IMG/VR virus record: IMGVR_UViG_3300024999_000030 | Coordinates: 62,001-126,000 of that record | DNA: 64,000 nucleotides | Strand: one strand, 5' to 3' | The notes under the pieces: generated by a model | The model's input: only the letters and a program-made list of their open reading frames with translations | What the model was told of the DNA's origin: nothing | Databases searched by the model: none | Shown here: positions 63,903-64,000 of the stretch, in pieces | How the letters are laid out: the number at the start of each line of letters is the position of its first letter | Position numbering within the stretch: the first letter of the stretch is position 1 | Made by a program: the position numbers and the translations under genes

Positions 63903-64000
63903 ATGCCAAGTTGTTGTTCTACAGGTTGCTCTTCAGGTTGTAATTCTAATACTTCTGAGTTACTCAAGGTCCCATTTGATGTTTTTGCCTTGACCCCAGA
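63903..64000 (+). CDS. 3'-truncated ORF with Cys-rich N-terminus
   Basis: AAGGAG RBS. MPSCCSTGCSSGCNSN...; runs off the window. Confidence 0.65.
   Translation, partial: MPSCCSTGCSSGCNSNTSELLKVPFDVFALTP

Noticed and set aside
1-64000. CRISPR array, tRNA/rRNA, integrase or IS element
   Set aside because: No repeat-spacer periodicity, cloverleaf or recombinase/transposase motif seen. Intergenic gaps are nearly all too short.
1-64000. Stop-codon reassignment
   Set aside because: Genes up to 2098 aa are intact under the standard code and tile densely, ending mostly in TAA or TGA.

Overview
This AT-rich window (about one-third GC by eye) comes from a large tailed bacteriophage, probably a jumbo myovirus-type phage. 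It uses the standard genetic code, and every credible gene is on the + strand with Shine-Dalgarno signals. Layout: (1) 1-41 kb, contractile tail and baseplate module: M23- and lysozyme-tipped tape-measure-like genes, tube initiator, giant hub, spike, gp25-like, giant baseplate J, giant wedge protein, then an adhesin cassette (Kelch, beta-helix, Ig/PKD, LamG, FN3). (2) 41-49.7 kb, a 10-gene glycan module: 2 GT4, 2 GT2, 4 SAM methyltransferases, radical SAM/SPASM, gmd. (3) A two-gene operon of tubulin/FtsZ-family GTPase plus a 54-aa hydrophobic protein. (4) A candidate lysis cassette: frameshifted HNH relic, amidase, subtilisin, DUF1003 membrane protein, coiled coil. (5) Replication and nucleotide genes: SF2 helicase, DnaC-like, DnaB with a zinc-ribbon insert, intein-containing class II RNR. 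Two promoter classes can be read from the DNA: sigma70-like TTGAxx-17-TATATT, and a T4-late-like CTATTAATA 25-30 nt upstream of starts. Strongest leads: a probable late-expressed virion glycosylation system; a modular adhesin set sharing a C-terminal anchor, with a G9 tract in one member; a CetZ-like tubulin mini-operon; and a protease-containing lysis cassette. All family calls come from motif recognition, not database searches.
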